Assembly: GCA_047967505.1 (NCBI GenBank)
Contig: CM106538.1
Source: Dipteris shenzhenensis
Lineage: Eukaryota
DNA length: 64,000 nucleotides
Reading direction: 5' to 3' (one strand)
The position numbers were made by a program, and so were the translations under genes. How positions within the stretch are numbered: the stretch's first letter is position 1; every line of letters starts with the position of its first letter. Under the pieces are notes generated by a model. The model saw only the letters and a list, made by a program, of their open reading frames with translations. It made no database searches and had not been told where the DNA came from. Positions 62,080-64,000 of the stretch are shown one piece after another.

Positions 62080-63010
62080 TCTTTACCAGTATTTGCTCAC
62101 CCTGCAAGTCATCTCTATATCGTTGTTCCCCACATTTCAGACAACTAGCCAAATCTCCATGCTCACGACGAAAGAGAATACAGTCATTACGGCAAGCATG
62201 GATGGTATCATAAGCCATACCCACCGTTGTTAGCATCTTCTTTGCTTCATCTCTTGATGCGGGCATGGTATTTGGTGCAGGCAACATCTTCTGGAGCAAC
62301 CTATCACAATTCAAACATACATAGGCTTCAAATAATGATGATTCGGTACACTAATCCATACATGATGATTCTCAAAACAAACAATATCCAAATGATGAGT
62401 CAAATTAATGCAGGAGCTAACCTCATTAAGGCCGAGACACTTGTATCCGACCACCCATACTTTGCTTGCAGATTCAAGATTGAGAGACAAGCATGTAGTT
62501 TAGACATCCTAGCACCCTGGTACAACTGTGTTGATTGCAACTCTCACATTTTGACCTCAGACTCTAACATCACGTGTACATGGGATGTAGTGCCCCTAAA
62601 AATAGAATCCATCATGTCGACCATACCCTCATCATCATTTGGGAGACTATAGTCGTGCTCAAAGTGTGAAGGTATATGCGTACCCTCGTCAGCCTCCTCA
62701 TCCTATTTTAAGATTTTGTGTAAATATAAGATCTTGTCTCAAGTTTTCGTATCATAATGGTATCCAATATTAACCACAAACTCAAATAGCTTTGACTTAC
62801 CGATAATCCATCAACACGTGCAACACCAACAGTGGGTACTGGTTCGGGCTCCTCCCCATACATCTACAAGTGGCGCATGATAATACGACGTTAATATCGT
62901 ACTTCTCGCTTGCAATGAGTGCAATGACAATACAACCTCTCCGTAAGCCACTTTGTGCTCCTGGGCGTTGGCACATCATCTGATGAGCTTCCACTCATCC
63001 CTTCCATGTG
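62080..63010 (-). pseudogene. N-terminal fragment of a second CACTA transposase
   Basis: MLPAPNTMPASRDEAKKML...YDTIHACRNDCILFR...CLKCGEQRY; upstream LYCHCTHC. Confidence 0.85.
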
Positions 63011-63882
63011 CACACTTCTAATCACAACATAAGTTGCAAGGAAATCTATTAACAGTAATAAAATAGCCACCTATGAGCTTCTTTTTTCGCTTTTAATAAT
63101 AAGTGCCCTGAAACGTCTCTATATAGCGATGTTTTGCTCTGTTCCATCGATATATAGCGATGATTTGCTCTGTTCCATCGCTATATAGCGACGTTGTGGG
63201 CTAAAACCTGAAGCCCCGCAACGCGGCGCTTTCTTTAGCATCTCTGTTGTGGGAAAACCAATCTCTCCTCCCACCTTATATCCGACGACCTCGCTCTCCT
63301 CCTCTCTATTCTCCACTCCTCACCACTATTCAACCCCTCTCCTAACACGTGCTCCCTCTCCACCCTTCTCCCTCTTTACTTATATGAAAAGAAGTTTTTC
63401 AAGAAGGTGAGTCTCTTTAAGCAATGTAGGTTCGTTTTTTGTGAGATTTCGTTTTGTGAGTGTTGAAGCACTTTCTCCTTGTATTGCTAAGGCTATATGC
63501 TAGTTTTCATGCTTGATTTTCAAGGGCTAAAGACAAAAAACGAGATTTTGTGAAAAGAAGAAGACTCGCCTCTTCTAGTCTTTTTGGTATTTCTCTTTCT
63601 CCTTGTTTGTAGGCTTATGCTTTCTCCATGTTTGTAGGCTTATGCTTGTCTCCTCAATCCAATCCCTTTGAGAAGTTGCTTCTTTAAACTCCTCCTTCCT
63701 CTAACTAGTTATTTGAAAAATGGTATGTTTTCTCTCTTTTGTAGGGCGAGTCCACAAAACACCGAGCGGGACTATTCCAAGTAAAAAAAGCGCTTCCTCT
63801 TTTTTCCTTTTGTTATTTTTATTATTTGCATTGGCCTGTAGCTAGCGCGTTAAGCGCTAGCTGCAATGATGGGCATAGGAAC

Positions 63883-64000
63883 CCTCTCTTCCCCTCTCTT
63901 CCCCTATTCCCTCTTCTTTCTCTCTCTTTTTCCCCTCTCTTCCCCTATTCCCTCTTCTTTCCCTCCCTTCCTCTCTTCCTTCTCTTCCTTTTCCCTCTTC
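63883..64000. repeat. CT-rich low-complexity tract
   Basis: Direct observation. Confidence 0.85.

Overview
Eukaryotic, transposon-dense land-plant genomic DNA (probably a non-seed plant such as a fern; this is inference). Only two host-type genes are visible: a frameshifted AP2/ERF (DREB-like) gene at 10.4-11.1 kb and an intact intronless ARM-repeat gene at 57.2-59.4 kb (minus strand). The rest is nested mobile DNA: two copies of a gag-only non-autonomous LTR element (TR-GAG type; LTRs, PBS, PPT and 5-bp TSDs all visible), Gypsy and Copia remnants, a complete 7.1-kb CACTA-type element with CACAA ends, a Helitron Rep plus RPA-like remnant, a Sola2-type transposase, and several MITEs and hairpins. 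The most interesting signal is two segments (1-6652 and 18959-~30606) that share a 25-bp terminal sequence (22/25) and a common layout: leftward cargo genes, a central palindromic minisatellite, then a rightward DUF7869/Sola1-like transposase. The cargo is a ParB-like protein in one segment and an FCP1/NIF-like phosphatase plus a minimal SET domain in the other. This suggests a large cargo-carrying DNA transposon family. All domain calls come from motif recognition by eye, not database searches.
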